Sequence record: OY253665.1
Reading direction: 5' to 3' (one strand)
Length of the DNA stretch: 32,000 bases
The notes beneath the pieces are model-generated. The model did no database searches. It had not been told where the DNA came from and saw only the letters and a list, made by a program, of their open reading frames with translations. How positions within the stretch are numbered: the stretch's first letter is position 1; the number at the start of each line of letters is the position of its first letter. Of this stretch, positions 1 to 11,195 are shown one piece after another. A program made the translations under genes and the position numbers.

Positions 1-13
1 TATTATAGCTAAA

Positions 14-100
14 GGATGAGTGTCTGAGTGGTTGAAAGTACCGGTCTTGAAAACCGGCATACCTGGGAAGGTATCGGGGGTTCAAATCCTCCTTCATCCG
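14..100 (+). tRNA. trnS(uga): tRNA-Ser (anticodon UGA), class II with long variable arm
   Basis: Manual cloverleaf. Acceptor ggatgag/ttcatcc, anticodon loop cttgaaa, variable arm atacc-tgggaa-ggtat, T-loop ttcaaat. Confidence 0.85.
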
Positions 101-119
101 TCATTTCGTTAAACATTTT

Positions 120-192
120 GGGGGTTTAACTCAATTGGTAGAGTATCTCGCTTACAACGAGGCTGTTAGTGGTTCAAGTCCACTAACTCCCA
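120..192 (+). tRNA. trnV(uac): tRNA-Val (UAC)
   Basis: Acceptor gggggtt/aactccc, D-arm actc..gagt, anticodon stem tctcg/cgagg with loop cttacaa, T-arm agtgg-ttcaagt-ccact. Confidence 0.85.
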
Positions 193-204
193 ATCTATGT
201 ATGT

Positions 205-286
205 GCGGGTATGGTGGAATTGGTAGACACACTAGATTTAGGCTCTAGAGGCTCAAACCTTGCGGGTTCAAGTCCTGCTACCCGTA
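205..286 (+). tRNA. trnL(uag): tRNA-Leu (UAG), class II
   Basis: Acceptor gcgggta/tacccgt, anticodon stem ctaga/tctag with loop tttaggc, 13-nt variable arm, T-arm gcggg-ttcaagt-cctgc. Confidence 0.85.
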
Positions 287-326
287 TACGAACGATTGTA
301 TACAACATGTGCACACGGTCTTCATG

Positions 327-399
327 GCGAATATAACTTAAACGGTTAAAGTGTCAGACTGTGACTCTGGAAATATGGGTTCAATTCCCGTTATTCGCC
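327..399 (+). tRNA. trnH(gug): tRNA-His (GUG) with genome-encoded G-1
   Basis: Acceptor gcgaata/tattcgc, preceded by an extra G (327) opposite discriminator C (399). Anticodon loop ctgtgac. Confidence 0.85.
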
Positions 400-420
400 C
401 ATTTTTATCGAATCTCTAGT

Positions 421-491
421 GCGGATATAGATTAATGGTAAATTCTCTGCCTTCCAAGCAGATCATATGGGTTCAATTCCCGTTATCCGCT
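421..491 (+). tRNA. trnG(ucc): tRNA-Gly (UCC)
   Basis: Acceptor gcggata/tatccgc, anticodon stem tctgc/gcaga with loop cttccaa, T-arm atggg-ttcaatt-cccgt. Confidence 0.85.
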
Positions 492-510
492 CATCTATTT
501 TTTTTTTGAT

Positions 511-584
511 CAGGGTGTAGCGCAGTCCGGTAGCGTACCTGTTTTGGGAACAGGATGTCGTTGGTTCAAATCCAGTCACCCTGA
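511..584 (+). tRNA. trnP(ugg): tRNA-Pro (UGG)
   Basis: Acceptor cagggtg/caccctg, anticodon stem cctgt/acagg with loop tttggga, T-loop ttcaaat. Confidence 0.85.
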
Positions 585-624
585 TTTGTATATATACATA
601 GAAACAAGAATCACAAACCTAATT

Positions 625-987
625 ATGGTTTATAGTTTACAGATTACAATCAAGAGTTTTAACAGTCAGCGTATCAAGACATGTCAAGATGAGATTCAAC
701 AACTTTATGTTACATTGTGTCCGACACAACAGGATAGTAATGGTAAAAATGTCGTATCACTTCCAAGAAAACGATCACATATCACCGTATTACGATCACC
801 TCACGTTGATAAAAAATCACGAGAGCAGTTTGTCTTGAAACGCGTACAACGCTTTGTTCGCTATACATTTCAAGATGCTAAGGATGTATACACGTTTTTA
901 TTCGGGTTAAAAAACCTGGAATGTTTAGGAGTTGAGTTGAGAGTCAACCTCCGCTCGTGGAACTATTTTTATGAGGCAGAAAAGTAA
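625..987 (+). CDS. rps10: ribosomal protein S10
   Basis: Motif LPRKRSHITVLRSPHVDKKSREQF matches the S10 core. The tracked ORF starts at 544 inside trnP, so I use the first ATG after the tRNA (625). TAA stop. Confidence 0.85.
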   Translation: MVYSLQITIKSFNSQRIKTCQDEIQQLYVTLCPTQQDSNGKNVVSLPRKRSHITVLRSPHVDKKSREQFVLKRVQRFVRYTFQDAKDVYTFLFGLKNLECLGVELRVNLRSWNYFYEAEK

Positions 988-999
988 ACACACTCTATT

Positions 1000-1365
1000 A
1001 TGGTAGTTTTATTAAATACAACGTTAAAAGATTCGAAACGATTAGTCGTTGCCCTACGCCAAGTTTATGGGATGGGGCATGCATCAGCCGTCGAAGTATG
1101 CGCGTATCTCGGGTTAAGTGAGAATTTTAAAGTGAAGGACTTAACTGCGAAACAACGTGATCAATTAAGTCAAGCACTTCGTCATATGTATACGGTTGAA
1201 AATGAGCGATTATCTATGGTTCGTAAACAAGCAAAACGACTTGTTCAGCTGTCAACATGGCGCGGTCTTCGCCTTACGCAAGGTTTACCGTGCCGAGGTC
1301 AACGAACACACGGAAACGCAAGAACAGCGCGTCGTTTAAACGCACATCGCGTAAAACAAAAATAA
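1000..1365 (+). CDS. rps13: ribosomal protein S13
   Basis: N-terminus KRLVVALRQVYGMG and C-terminus WRGLRLTQGLPCRGQRTHGNARTARR are typical of S13. Confidence 0.9.
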   Translation: MVVLLNTTLKDSKRLVVALRQVYGMGHASAVEVCAYLGLSENFKVKDLTAKQRDQLSQALRHMYTVENERLSMVRKQAKRLVQLSTWRGLRLTQGLPCRGQRTHGNARTARRLNAHRVKQK

Positions 1366-1373
1366 ACAGACTT

Positions 1374-1781
1374 ATGCTAAGCCCAAAACGCACAAAGTTT
1401 AGAAAATCTCACAAAATTCACAGAAAAGGACGAGTAAGTAATTTACGAAATCTAGAATTTGGTAAATTCGGAATCCAAGCACTTGAGCAAGGACATCTTG
1501 ATGCCAAAACAATTGAAGCGGTACGTCGTGTTCTTACGCGACAGTTTAAACGTAGTGGGCAAGTGTGGATTCGTGTTTTTCCAGATCTAGGGATTACAAC
1601 TAAACCGGCTGAAGTTCGTATGGGGAAAGGGAAAGGGCCGCACTCGCATTGGACGTGCCCCATCCAACCAGGACAAATTTTATTCGAAATGGACGGTATT
1701 TCACAGACACTGGCCGCACAAGCTGCGCGTATTGCACACCACAAGTTACCAATGCGAACACGATTCGTTATAAATAGTTAA
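1374..1781 (+). CDS. rpl16: ribosomal protein L16
   Basis: MLSPKRTKFRK start and the RMGKGKG motif. ATG at 1374 lies 8 nt after the rps13 stop. The upstream part of the tracked ORF (1257) overlaps rps13 and is not coding. Confidence 0.93.
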   Translation: MLSPKRTKFRKSHKIHRKGRVSNLRNLEFGKFGIQALEQGHLDAKTIEAVRRVLTRQFKRSGQVWIRVFPDLGITTKPAEVRMGKGKGPHSHWTCPIQPGQILFEMDGISQTLAAQAARIAHHKLPMRTRFVINS

Positions 1782-1812
1782 CATTTATTTTCAATCATAC
1801 ATAAACAGCATT

Positions 1813-2733
1813 ATGAGGACAAAACAATTTAAACGTTTGGAAACTTTACTCATGAATAAACCAATGAGTGAAAACTTACTTCCAGAAACGGGAATCTCGT
1901 TGAAACGTCGTAAGAGTCAAAATCGACGCGTAAAACCTCAACGAATTCAACAAAAATTACAGCGATTGAATCCATTTAAATCCTACGTAAATAGTGACGA
2001 GGTACACTACTCGATCGATCAAATTAATTTAGAGATCAAGAAAGTACAATCACGTACTACGACGGAATTCGGGTATCAATTACAGCAACGTAAGAAATTC
2101 CGTTGGTTCTATGGAGGATTATCGACTCGATATGTTCAAAAATTGTCACAAAGCGCACAGTCAGGTATAGAGGTTTTACAGGCCCTGGAACGTCGTTTAG
2201 ATGTAAGTTTGTATCGCAGTGGCTTTTTCCAAAATATTTATACAGCCCGTCAATGGATCCTGCACGAACGTGTTTTTGTCAACGGGAAACGTGCAATGCG
2301 TCCGAGTCATGAATTGCGACCTGGGGACATGATTAACATCGATCAAAAATGGCACGCATTACTCAAACAGCAAATTTTTGACCGCTTTGTTAAATTTTTC
2401 AAGAATTTAAATGCCGTACGAAAATTCACCGACCCATACCCAAATGTACGTTCAGTTTTCCTGTCAAAGCCTTTACACACATACTCAATTGAGTTGTTTA
2501 AAGACGAGCTTTCAGACGTTTTGGAGCGTTTTAATGTGATGGACCATGATAAAACATCACGTAATTATCTAAAGTTATTTACAAACTCATCACTGTACTA
2601 TCCAGTAAGTCCAATGAAACCGCTTCATCTTGAAGTGTCCTATGATATTTTCTCAATGGTTTATTTATATACACCTCAAAAGATGACGTTTCCAACGCTC
2701 TTAGACATTGCAGCTATCCAAAAATCATTTTAA
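1813..2733 (+). CDS. rps4: ribosomal protein S4 (extended mitochondrial form)
   Basis: S4 RNA-binding domain LERRLDVSLYRSGF...ARQWILHERVFVNGKRAMRPSHELRPGDMI. The start is uncertain; an alternative ATG is at 1852. Confidence 0.85.
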   Translation: MRTKQFKRLETLLMNKPMSENLLPETGISLKRRKSQNRRVKPQRIQQKLQRLNPFKSYVNSDEVHYSIDQINLEIKKVQSRTTTEFGYQLQQRKKFRWFYGGLSTRYVQKLSQSAQSGIEVLQALERRLDVSLYRSGFFQNIYTARQWILHERVFVNGKRAMRPSHELRPGDMINIDQKWHALLKQQIFDRFVKFFKNLNAVRKFTDPYPNVRSVFLSKPLHTYSIELFKDELSDVLERFNVMDHDKTSRNYLKLFTNSSLYYPVSPMKPLHLEVSYDIFSMVYLYTPQKMTFPTLLDIAAIQKSF

Positions 2734-2754
2734 GCGTAATAACAACTTAAAATG
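2726..2754. repeat. 9-bp stem-loop containing the rps4 stop codon
   Basis: cattttaag (2726-2734, includes TAA at 2731-2733) pairs with cttaaaatg (2746-2754). It ends 1 nt before trnT. Confidence 0.85.
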
Positions 2755-2755
2755 T

Positions 2756-2828
2756 GCCTGTTTAACTCAATTGGTAGAGTATCGGTTTTGTAAACCGACG
2801 GTTATCGGTTCAAGTCCGGTAATAGGCT
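2756..2828 (+). tRNA. trnT(ugu): tRNA-Thr (UGU)
   Basis: Acceptor gcctgtt/aataggc, anticodon stem tcggt/accga with loop tttgtaa, T-arm atcgg-ttcaagt-ccggt. Confidence 0.85.
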
Positions 2829-2877
2829 TTTTTATTTTCAATAAAATAAAAAAGATAAAACAATATACAAATAACTA

Positions 2878-3138
2878 ATGACACGATCGCTCAAAAAGGG
2901 AATTTTTTCAGAAGTATCTTTGACACAGGATGCGGGGATTCAAAACATTTGGTCTCGTCGTTCCATGATTTTGTCAGATTACGTGCATCAGGAAGTGCAA
3001 GTTCACAATGGAAAAACATTCCACAAGATCAAAATCACCCAGGAAATGGTTGGGCATAAGTTCGGGGAATTTGCGAGAACACGTAAACCAGCAAAACATA
3101 AGGCGTTGAAGCAAAAAAATATTCGAGGGAAAAAATGA
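2878..3138 (+). CDS. rps19: ribosomal protein S19
   Basis: IWSRRSMILSDYVHQEVQVHNGKTFHKIKITQEMVGHKFGEFARTRK matches the S19 core. This is the only gene in the window ending in TGA. Confidence 0.92.
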   Translation: MTRSLKKGIFSEVSLTQDAGIQNIWSRRSMILSDYVHQEVQVHNGKTFHKIKITQEMVGHKFGEFARTRKPAKHKALKQKNIRGKK

Positions 3139-3686
3139 TTTCATTAAAAAAACAATTAGTAAAACACGAATTGGATACATTGTTTAACGACTACCCAATC
3201 GTTGTATGGTACCAAACGAAGCAAAAATCAACACATGAGTGGACTCGATTAAAGGGAAAAATTAAAGCATTACCCCCGTCTGATGAGTCAACTTTAAATA
3301 CTATTCAAACAAAAACAACTATTCTCAAGGTAGTTTTAAAATTAAAAGTGAAGAAGTCCGTATGGCTTCGCACATGTCAAGGACAACTTCTTGTATGTGG
3401 ATGCACAACTTCAACGGATTTAAAGAACCTATTAACACTATTAAATAATGAAAAAGATGGCTTTGTTGTTGGGGGTTTTTATGGTGATTTGCCTCGTACA
3501 TTTGCAGAAATTGAAAAACTACAGTCATTGGGGGTTCACACGTACGTTCAATTAATTCAAAGTTTACAATCCGTAATGGCGCGAATTTTAATGTTGAAGA
3601 AAATATGTGATTTTTCATATTTACGTCATGTAAATGTATCACTATGTCATACACTGAAACTGTGTGGGTGTAAACCCACACAGTAA
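3135..3686 (+). CDS. 183-aa ORF, possible ribosomal protein L10 (uL10m); function not certain
   Basis: ATGA overlap with the rps19 stop. Length and pattern resemble bacterial L10: PIVVWYQ...EWTRLKGKI, KTTILK (compare KNTL), QGQLLVCG, VVGGFYG, and a helical C-terminus. No decisive motif is visible by eye. Confidence 0.5.
   Translation: MISLKKQLVKHELDTLFNDYPIVVWYQTKQKSTHEWTRLKGKIKALPPSDESTLNTIQTKTTILKVVLKLKVKKSVWLRTCQGQLLVCGCTTSTDLKNLLTLLNNEKDGFVVGGFYGDLPRTFAEIEKLQSLGVHTYVQLIQSLQSVMARILMLKKICDFSYLRHVNVSLCHTLKLCGCKPTQ
3660..3683. repeat. 10-bp stem-loop formed by the last codons of ORF183
   Basis: ctgtgtgggt-gtaa-acccacacag, immediately before the TAA at 3684-3686. Confidence 0.9.
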
Positions 3687-3691
3687 TTTTC

Positions 3692-3723
3692 AAGTCTAGA
3701 GTATGGGCCCATACTCTAGACTT
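3692..3723. repeat. perfect 32-bp palindrome between ORF183 and trnR
   Basis: aagtctagagtatggg|cccatactctagactt, verified base by base. Confidence 0.95.
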
Positions 3724-3728
3724 CACAA

Positions 3729-3802
3729 GTGCTCGCAGCTCAATTGGATAGAGTGTCAGATTACGGCTCTGGAAGTTGAAAGTTCGACTCTTTCCGAGCA
3801 CG
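3729..3802 (+). tRNA. trnR(acg): tRNA-Arg (ACG)
   Basis: Acceptor gtgctcg/cgagcac, anticodon stem tcaga/tctgg with loop ttacggc, T-arm gaaag-ttcgact-ctttc. Confidence 0.85.
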
Positions 3803-3840
3803 TTACAAGCGATACATATATCGTTAATAATATACATATA

Positions 3841-6636
<2,796 letters not shown>

Positions 6637-6714
6637 TTTTTTAATTATAAATATATTTATTTATTACATATTTTTTTATATAGATGTTTGTTACACAAGC
6701 ATTCTATAGTTTTT

Positions 6715-6787
6715 TCTCCAATAGTTCAGTTGGTAGAACATTCGGCTGTTAACCGATATGTCGTTGGTTCAAATCCAACTTGGGGAG
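6715..6787 (+). tRNA. trnN(guu): tRNA-Asn (GUU)
   Basis: Acceptor tctccaa/ttgggga, anticodon loop ctgttaa, T-arm gttgg-ttcaaat-ccaac. Confidence 0.85.
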
Positions 6788-7017
6788 CGTATAACATACA
6801 CCACACACGAGATACACACCTATATCTCAATACGATCAACATATGCGTATCTATAACGTTGTATTCGATGCATTTTTGTAACATTTTAAAATGAATTTAC
6901 ACGATTGTTCCGTGTAAAAATATGCAGTGCAATAGGTAGTATATAAACCATATACACTACCGAAGTATAACAGGATACGTTATAACAAATATACCAAGGT
7001 TCACATCATATACTATT

Positions 7018-7926
7018 ATGGCACAAAAAGTCAATCCGATATCACTACGATGTCCATCAACACATAAAACACATACAGATTGCTGGTACAGTGATACTTT
7101 CTATACAACACTTCAATTGAAAAAGATGAAACTTGAGAGTCATGTCCAAGGGATGCTAAAACAAAAAGGATTACCAGAAGGACAACTTTCATTAGCTGGA
7201 TCTCCAAAGAGTCATCGTTATTTAGTATGTACATTGAATCCTCAAGAAAGTCGCATGCATAAGAGTTTACGTTACCGTGTACGTCCCCATAAGGATGAGA
7301 AACATCAAAAAGTATTACAAAATATGCATGATACGGATGCAACTGTGGCGCAAAAGTTAATATCACGTCAAACAGCGACGGTACCGGCAGTACCAACGAT
7401 GGCGTATCAAAAAACAAAAGCTGTGCATCATGCATTGACAGCAACGCTTCTAAACGCAGCTGAAAACAACGCATGTACATCGCTCACATCCGCATATACA
7501 CGTGTGGTACCTGAAAAGTCAAAAGCTGCACCTATTTTAAACTTTTTTGGGTCAAAGTACCAAGGGGTTGCAACTGATGTGAACATATGGACAAGTGCAT
7601 GGGAAAGCCATCATGCGGACTTCATTGCCCAAGAGGTTGCGTATGCTTTAACGCGCCGTGTACCATTCCGTTCGATTAAGTTTCAACTGATTCAAGAATT
7701 AGGGTCAAACACGAACAAAGCATGGGGATCGGTACGTGGGATTCGTGTAACATGTGCGGGTCGTGGAAACCGTAAATCGAAGAAGGCACAACGTGCACAA
7801 ACAGTACGTTTTCAGTGGGGGCAGACGTCACTTCACGTGTTTTCGGAGAAGGTAGGGTTTTCAAGTCGACCAGCATTGACGAGTTTTGGAAAGATCGGTG
7901 TGAAGGTGTGGGTATGTTATAAATAA
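7018..7926 (+). CDS. rps3: ribosomal protein S3 (with internal mitochondrial expansion)
   Basis: N-terminus MAQKVNPISLR and C-terminal domain GIRVTCAGRGN...FGKIGVKVWVCY. Confidence 0.9.
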   Translation: MAQKVNPISLRCPSTHKTHTDCWYSDTFYTTLQLKKMKLESHVQGMLKQKGLPEGQLSLAGSPKSHRYLVCTLNPQESRMHKSLRYRVRPHKDEKHQKVLQNMHDTDATVAQKLISRQTATVPAVPTMAYQKTKAVHHALTATLLNAAENNACTSLTSAYTRVVPEKSKAAPILNFFGSKYQGVATDVNIWTSAWESHHADFIAQEVAYALTRRVPFRSIKFQLIQELGSNTNKAWGSVRGIRVTCAGRGNRKSKKAQRAQTVRFQWGQTSLHVFSEKVGFSSRPALTSFGKIGVKVWVCYK

Positions 7927-8011
7927 GGTGTATACAACCTTCACAGATCACGGTATTATTTTTCTGTTAAAGAGAGGCGTATGCGTCGAAAAAACAACAA
8001 AGAGAGAAATT

Positions 8012-8311
8012 ATGACTCAAGTCAATCAAATGGACAAACAGCGTCGTTTACACTGCGCAAAAGATGAATTAAAACGACGTCAATACAAACTTATTATACA
8101 AAACCAATCACTATCTCCTGAGATTCGTGCTCAGGCGGTTGTATTATTAAATAAATTATCTCGACAGGGTTCCCTTGTTCGGGTGCGAAACAGATGTGTT
8201 TTAACAGGTCGAAGTCGCGGGATTTTACGTAAGTGGCGCCTTTCGCGCATTCAATTCCGAGAGCTTGCTGCCCAGGGTCGTTTGCTTGGGGTAAGTAAAT
8301 CGAGTTGGTAA
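8012..8311 (+). CDS. rps14: ribosomal protein S14
   Basis: C-terminus VRNRCVLTGRSRGILRKWRLSRIQFRELAAQGRLLGVSKSSW. ATG at 8012 gives about 99 aa. The tracked start at 7928 is probably a spurious extension. Confidence 0.9.
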   Translation: MTQVNQMDKQRRLHCAKDELKRRQYKLIIQNQSLSPEIRAQAVVLLNKLSRQGSLVRVRNRCVLTGRSRGILRKWRLSRIQFRELAAQGRLLGVSKSSW

Positions 8312-8475
8312 TTAATTTTATATTTTTCTAAGTCTCTTCTTACGTGTATCGGTGTCAATCATCGATGAACCGTGCGTGGACACATCTCCACACGCTGGTA
8401 TCTTAAAAACGCATACTGTAGCACTTCGTATCTTTCTGATGGGGAGTGTGCACAAGATAAAAAAAGAAACAAAGT

Positions 8476-10011
8476 ATGATTTTACAATTAAGTGAAACGT
8501 CGAAACTATTAGAGGAAAAGATTTCGAAGACCTACTCACAACTTTCAGTTGATGAAATTGGACGTGTTCTTTCGATTGGGGATGGAATTGCTCGTGTATA
8601 TGGGTTAAACAACATTCAAGCGGGAGAGATGGTTGAATTCGCAAGTGGAGTAAAAGGAATGGCTTTAAATCTTGAAAATGAAAATGTTGGAGTCGTTCTT
8701 TTTGGGAGTGACACAGCGATTAATGAAGGAGACATTGTAAAACGTACAGGGACAATTGTAGATGTTCCGGTAGGTCTTGGAATGTTAGGTCGTGTCGTTG
8801 ATGCTTTAGGGCAACCCATCGACGGAAAAGGTCCATTAAAAGATGTAACTCGTCAACGAGTTGAAGTGAAAGCTCCTGGTATTATTGCACGTAAATCAGT
8901 ACACGAGCCAATGCAAACTGGAGTAAAGGCTGTAGATAGCTTAGTTCCAATTGGACGTGGTCAGCGAGAACTTATTATTGGGGACCGTCAGACTGGTAAA
9001 ACAGCGATTGCAATTGATGCTATTTTAAACCAAAAAGAAGTGAATGCGGGACAGGATGTGTCTAAAAAATTATACTGTGTATATGTAGCAATTGGGCAAA
9101 AACGTTCAACGGTTGCCCAATTGGTAAAAATTTTAGATGATGCTGGAGCGATGGAGTATTCGATTATTGTTGCTGCAACAGCCTCAGACCCAGCTCCACT
9201 TCAATTTTTAGCACCATATTCAGGATGTGCGATGGCTGAGTATTTCCGTGACAATGGAAAACACGCGTTAATCATCTATGATGACTTAAGTAAGCAATCA
9301 GTTGCCTACCGACAAATGTCATTACTTCTTCGTCGTCCACCAGGACGTGAAGCATTCCCTGGAGATGTTTTCTACCTTCACTCTCGTCTTTTAGAGCGTG
9401 CAGCGAAAATGTCGGATGCACTAGGGTCTGGATCATTAACAGCACTTCCGGTTATTGAAACACAGGCTGGAGACGTATCTGCGTATATTCCAACAAACGT
9501 AATTTCAATTACGGATGGGCAAATTTTCTTAGAGACTGAATTGTTCTATAAAGGAATTCGTCCGGCGATTAACGTTGGATTATCTGTAAGCCGAGTAGGG
9601 TCAGCGGCGCAATTAAAAGCGATGAAACAAGTTTCTGGTACATTAAAACTGGAATTAGCACAATATCGTGAAGTTGCAGCGTTTGCTCAGTTCGGATCAG
9701 ATCTTGATGCGTCAACACAATATCTGTTAAAGCGTGGAGAGCGTTTAACTGAAATGCTGAAACAAGGGCAATACCAACCAATTCCTATCGAGCGTCAAGT
9801 TATTATTGTATATGCCGCAACAAAGGGGTATTTAGACAAATTAAACGTGTCTGATATCGCAGCGTATGAAGCGTCATTACAGCAAGAAATTGAACCAGCA
9901 TTGTTAAGTGCGATCCGTGATCAAAAACAAATTTCAGATGAATTGCAAGGGAAACTGAAACAGTTCTTTGAAGGGTTTACATCACGCTTTCTTGCAACTC
10001 GCTCAGCATAA
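8476..10011 (+). CDS. atp1: ATP synthase F1 subunit alpha
   Basis: Walker A GDRQTGKT and full-length similarity to F1-alpha (511 aa). Confidence 0.98.
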   Translation: MILQLSETSKLLEEKISKTYSQLSVDEIGRVLSIGDGIARVYGLNNIQAGEMVEFASGVKGMALNLENENVGVVLFGSDTAINEGDIVKRTGTIVDVPVGLGMLGRVVDALGQPIDGKGPLKDVTRQRVEVKAPGIIARKSVHEPMQTGVKAVDSLVPIGRGQRELIIGDRQTGKTAIAIDAILNQKEVNAGQDVSKKLYCVYVAIGQKRSTVAQLVKILDDAGAMEYSIIVAATASDPAPLQFLAPYSGCAMAEYFRDNGKHALIIYDDLSKQSVAYRQMSLLLRRPPGREAFPGDVFYLHSRLLERAAKMSDALGSGSLTALPVIETQAGDVSAYIPTNVISITDGQIFLETELFYKGIRPAINVGLSVSRVGSAAQLKAMKQVSGTLKLELAQYREVAAFAQFGSDLDASTQYLLKRGERLTEMLKQGQYQPIPIERQVIIVYAATKGYLDKLNVSDIAAYEASLQQEIEPALLSAIRDQKQISDELQGKLKQFFEGFTSRFLATRSA

Positions 10012-10048
10012 TATACAGTGATTTGCGCGCACATAAAGAGTTTTTCAA

Positions 10049-10098
10049 GTGGTACTGCTCACGTCTTTTCTCCGGAGAAAAGACGTGAGCAGTACCAC
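10049..10098. repeat. perfect 50-bp palindrome (25-bp arms) downstream of atp1
   Basis: gtggtactgctcacgtcttttctcc|ggagaaaagacgtgagcagtaccac, verified base by base. Confidence 0.97.
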
Positions 10099-10136
10099 TA
10101 TTCTTTATTTTATTATTATTCAATGTTAAGTTTAGT

Positions 10137-11123
10137 ATGATTTTTACACTGATTGAATGTGTTTTAAAAATTCTTGGTATTACGGTTCCACTTCTGCTAG
10201 CTGTCGCCTTTATGACATTAGCTGAACGAAAAGTAATGGCTTCGATGCAACGCCGAAAAGGTCCGAATGTTGTTGGGGTGTTTGGGTTATTTCAACCTAT
10301 TGCTGACGGTGTGAAACTTATGGTAAAGGAGCCAATCTTACCAAGTAGTGCGAATATTGTTATCTTTTTGGTAGCCCCCGTGTTGACATTCGTATTAAGT
10401 CAGGTTGCATGGGCGGTTATTCCATACGGTGAAGGAGTTGTTCTTGCAGATATCCATGTTGGATTGCTGTATATTTTTGCAATTTCATCACTAGGGGTAT
10501 ACGGTATTATTACTGCTGGGTGGTCAAGTAACTCAAAATATGGATTTTTAGGTGGATTGCGTTCTGCAGCCCAAATGGTTTCATATGAGGTATCTATCGG
10601 TCTAATACTGATCACGGTATTATTATGTGTGGGATCTTTAAATTTAACGGATGTTGTCATGGCGCAACAATCGGTATGGTTTTGTATCCCACTCTTTCCC
10701 TTGTTGATTTTATTCTTTATTTCGTGTTTAGCGGAAACAAATCGTGCGCCATTTGACTTACCGGAAGCGGAAGCCGAATTGGTTGCTGGATATAACGTTG
10801 AGTATTCGGCAATGGGGTTTACTTTATTCTTTTTAGGGGAGTATGCGAACATTCTTGTAATGAGTATTTTATGTGTACTGTTTTTCTTAGGTGGATGGTT
10901 ACCTCCGTTTGATTTTGTTCTTTTCCACTGGATTCCAGGATTTTTCTGGTTAGGTATGAAATTAAACCTATTTCTATTCCTTTTTATTTGGGTTCGCGCT
11001 GCATTCCCTCGTTACCGTTATGACCAATTAATGCGTTTAGGGTGGAAGGTATTCTTACCACTTTCACTCGCTTGGGTTGTCCTGGTATCGGGAATTTTAG
11101 TTGGATTCGATTGGCTTCCGTAA
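10137..11123 (+). CDS. nad1: NADH dehydrogenase subunit 1
   Basis: [45 protein letters not shown]. Confidence 0.98.
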   Translation: MIFTLIECVLKILGITVPLLLAVAFMTLAERKVMASMQRRKGPNVVGVFGLFQPIADGVKLMVKEPILPSSANIVIFLVAPVLTFVLSQVAWAVIPYGEGVVLADIHVGLLYIFAISSLGVYGIITAGWSSNSKYGFLGGLRSAAQMVSYEVSIGLILITVLLCVGSLNLTDVVMAQQSVWFCIPLFPLLILFFISCLAETNRAPFDLPEAEAELVAGYNVEYSAMGFTLFFLGEYANILVMSILCVLFFLGGWLPPFDFVLFHWIPGFFWLGMKLNLFLFLFIWVRAAFPRYRYDQLMRLGWKVFLPLSLAWVVLVSGILVGFDWLP

Positions 11124-11150
11124 AAAGTTTTATTTTTACGGAAGCCAATC
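11109..11150. repeat. 18-bp perfect stem-loop containing the nad1 stop codon
   Basis: gattggcttccgtaaaaa (the last 4 codons plus TAA) pairs with tttttacggaagccaatc. 6-nt loop. Confidence 0.95.
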
Positions 11151-11195
11151 TTCAGGTTGAAAATAAAAAGAAAGATTATATAATATAGATATCTT

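Noticed and set aside
544-624. 5' extensions of tracked ORFs: rps10 from 544, rpl16 from 1257, rps14 from 7928, cob from 16461, nad6 from 20334, atp8 from 26422, nad2 from 27875 and nad4L from 29583.
   Set aside because: The extensions overlap tRNAs or upstream genes, or rely on TTG/GTG starts. Conserved N-termini align with internal ATGs, which I used instead. nad6 and cox2 remain ambiguous.
1418-1744. Antisense or alternate-frame ORFs within confirmed genes: 1418-1744(-), 2103-2312(+), 2974-3180(-), 3325-3837(-), 7031-7480(-), 7676-7951(-), 8318-8644(-), 8616-8819(-), 9569-9781(-), 10400-10852(-), 13478-13684(+), 14062-14277(-), 14727-14933(-), 14898-15107(+), 15769-15954(-), 16031-16336(-), 17245-17445(+), 20750-20947(+), 21392-21607(-), 23202-23456(-), 23592-23813(-), 24795-25106(-), 26628-26885(-) and 27096-27323(-).
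   Set aside because: Each overlaps a strongly conserved gene in another frame or on the other strand and has no recognisable motifs. This is expected by chance given the scarcity of stop codons in the other reading frames of these genes.
6688-6894. 68-codon ORF covering trnN and part of the following spacer.
   Set aside because: It overlaps a well-folded tRNA and has no protein motifs.
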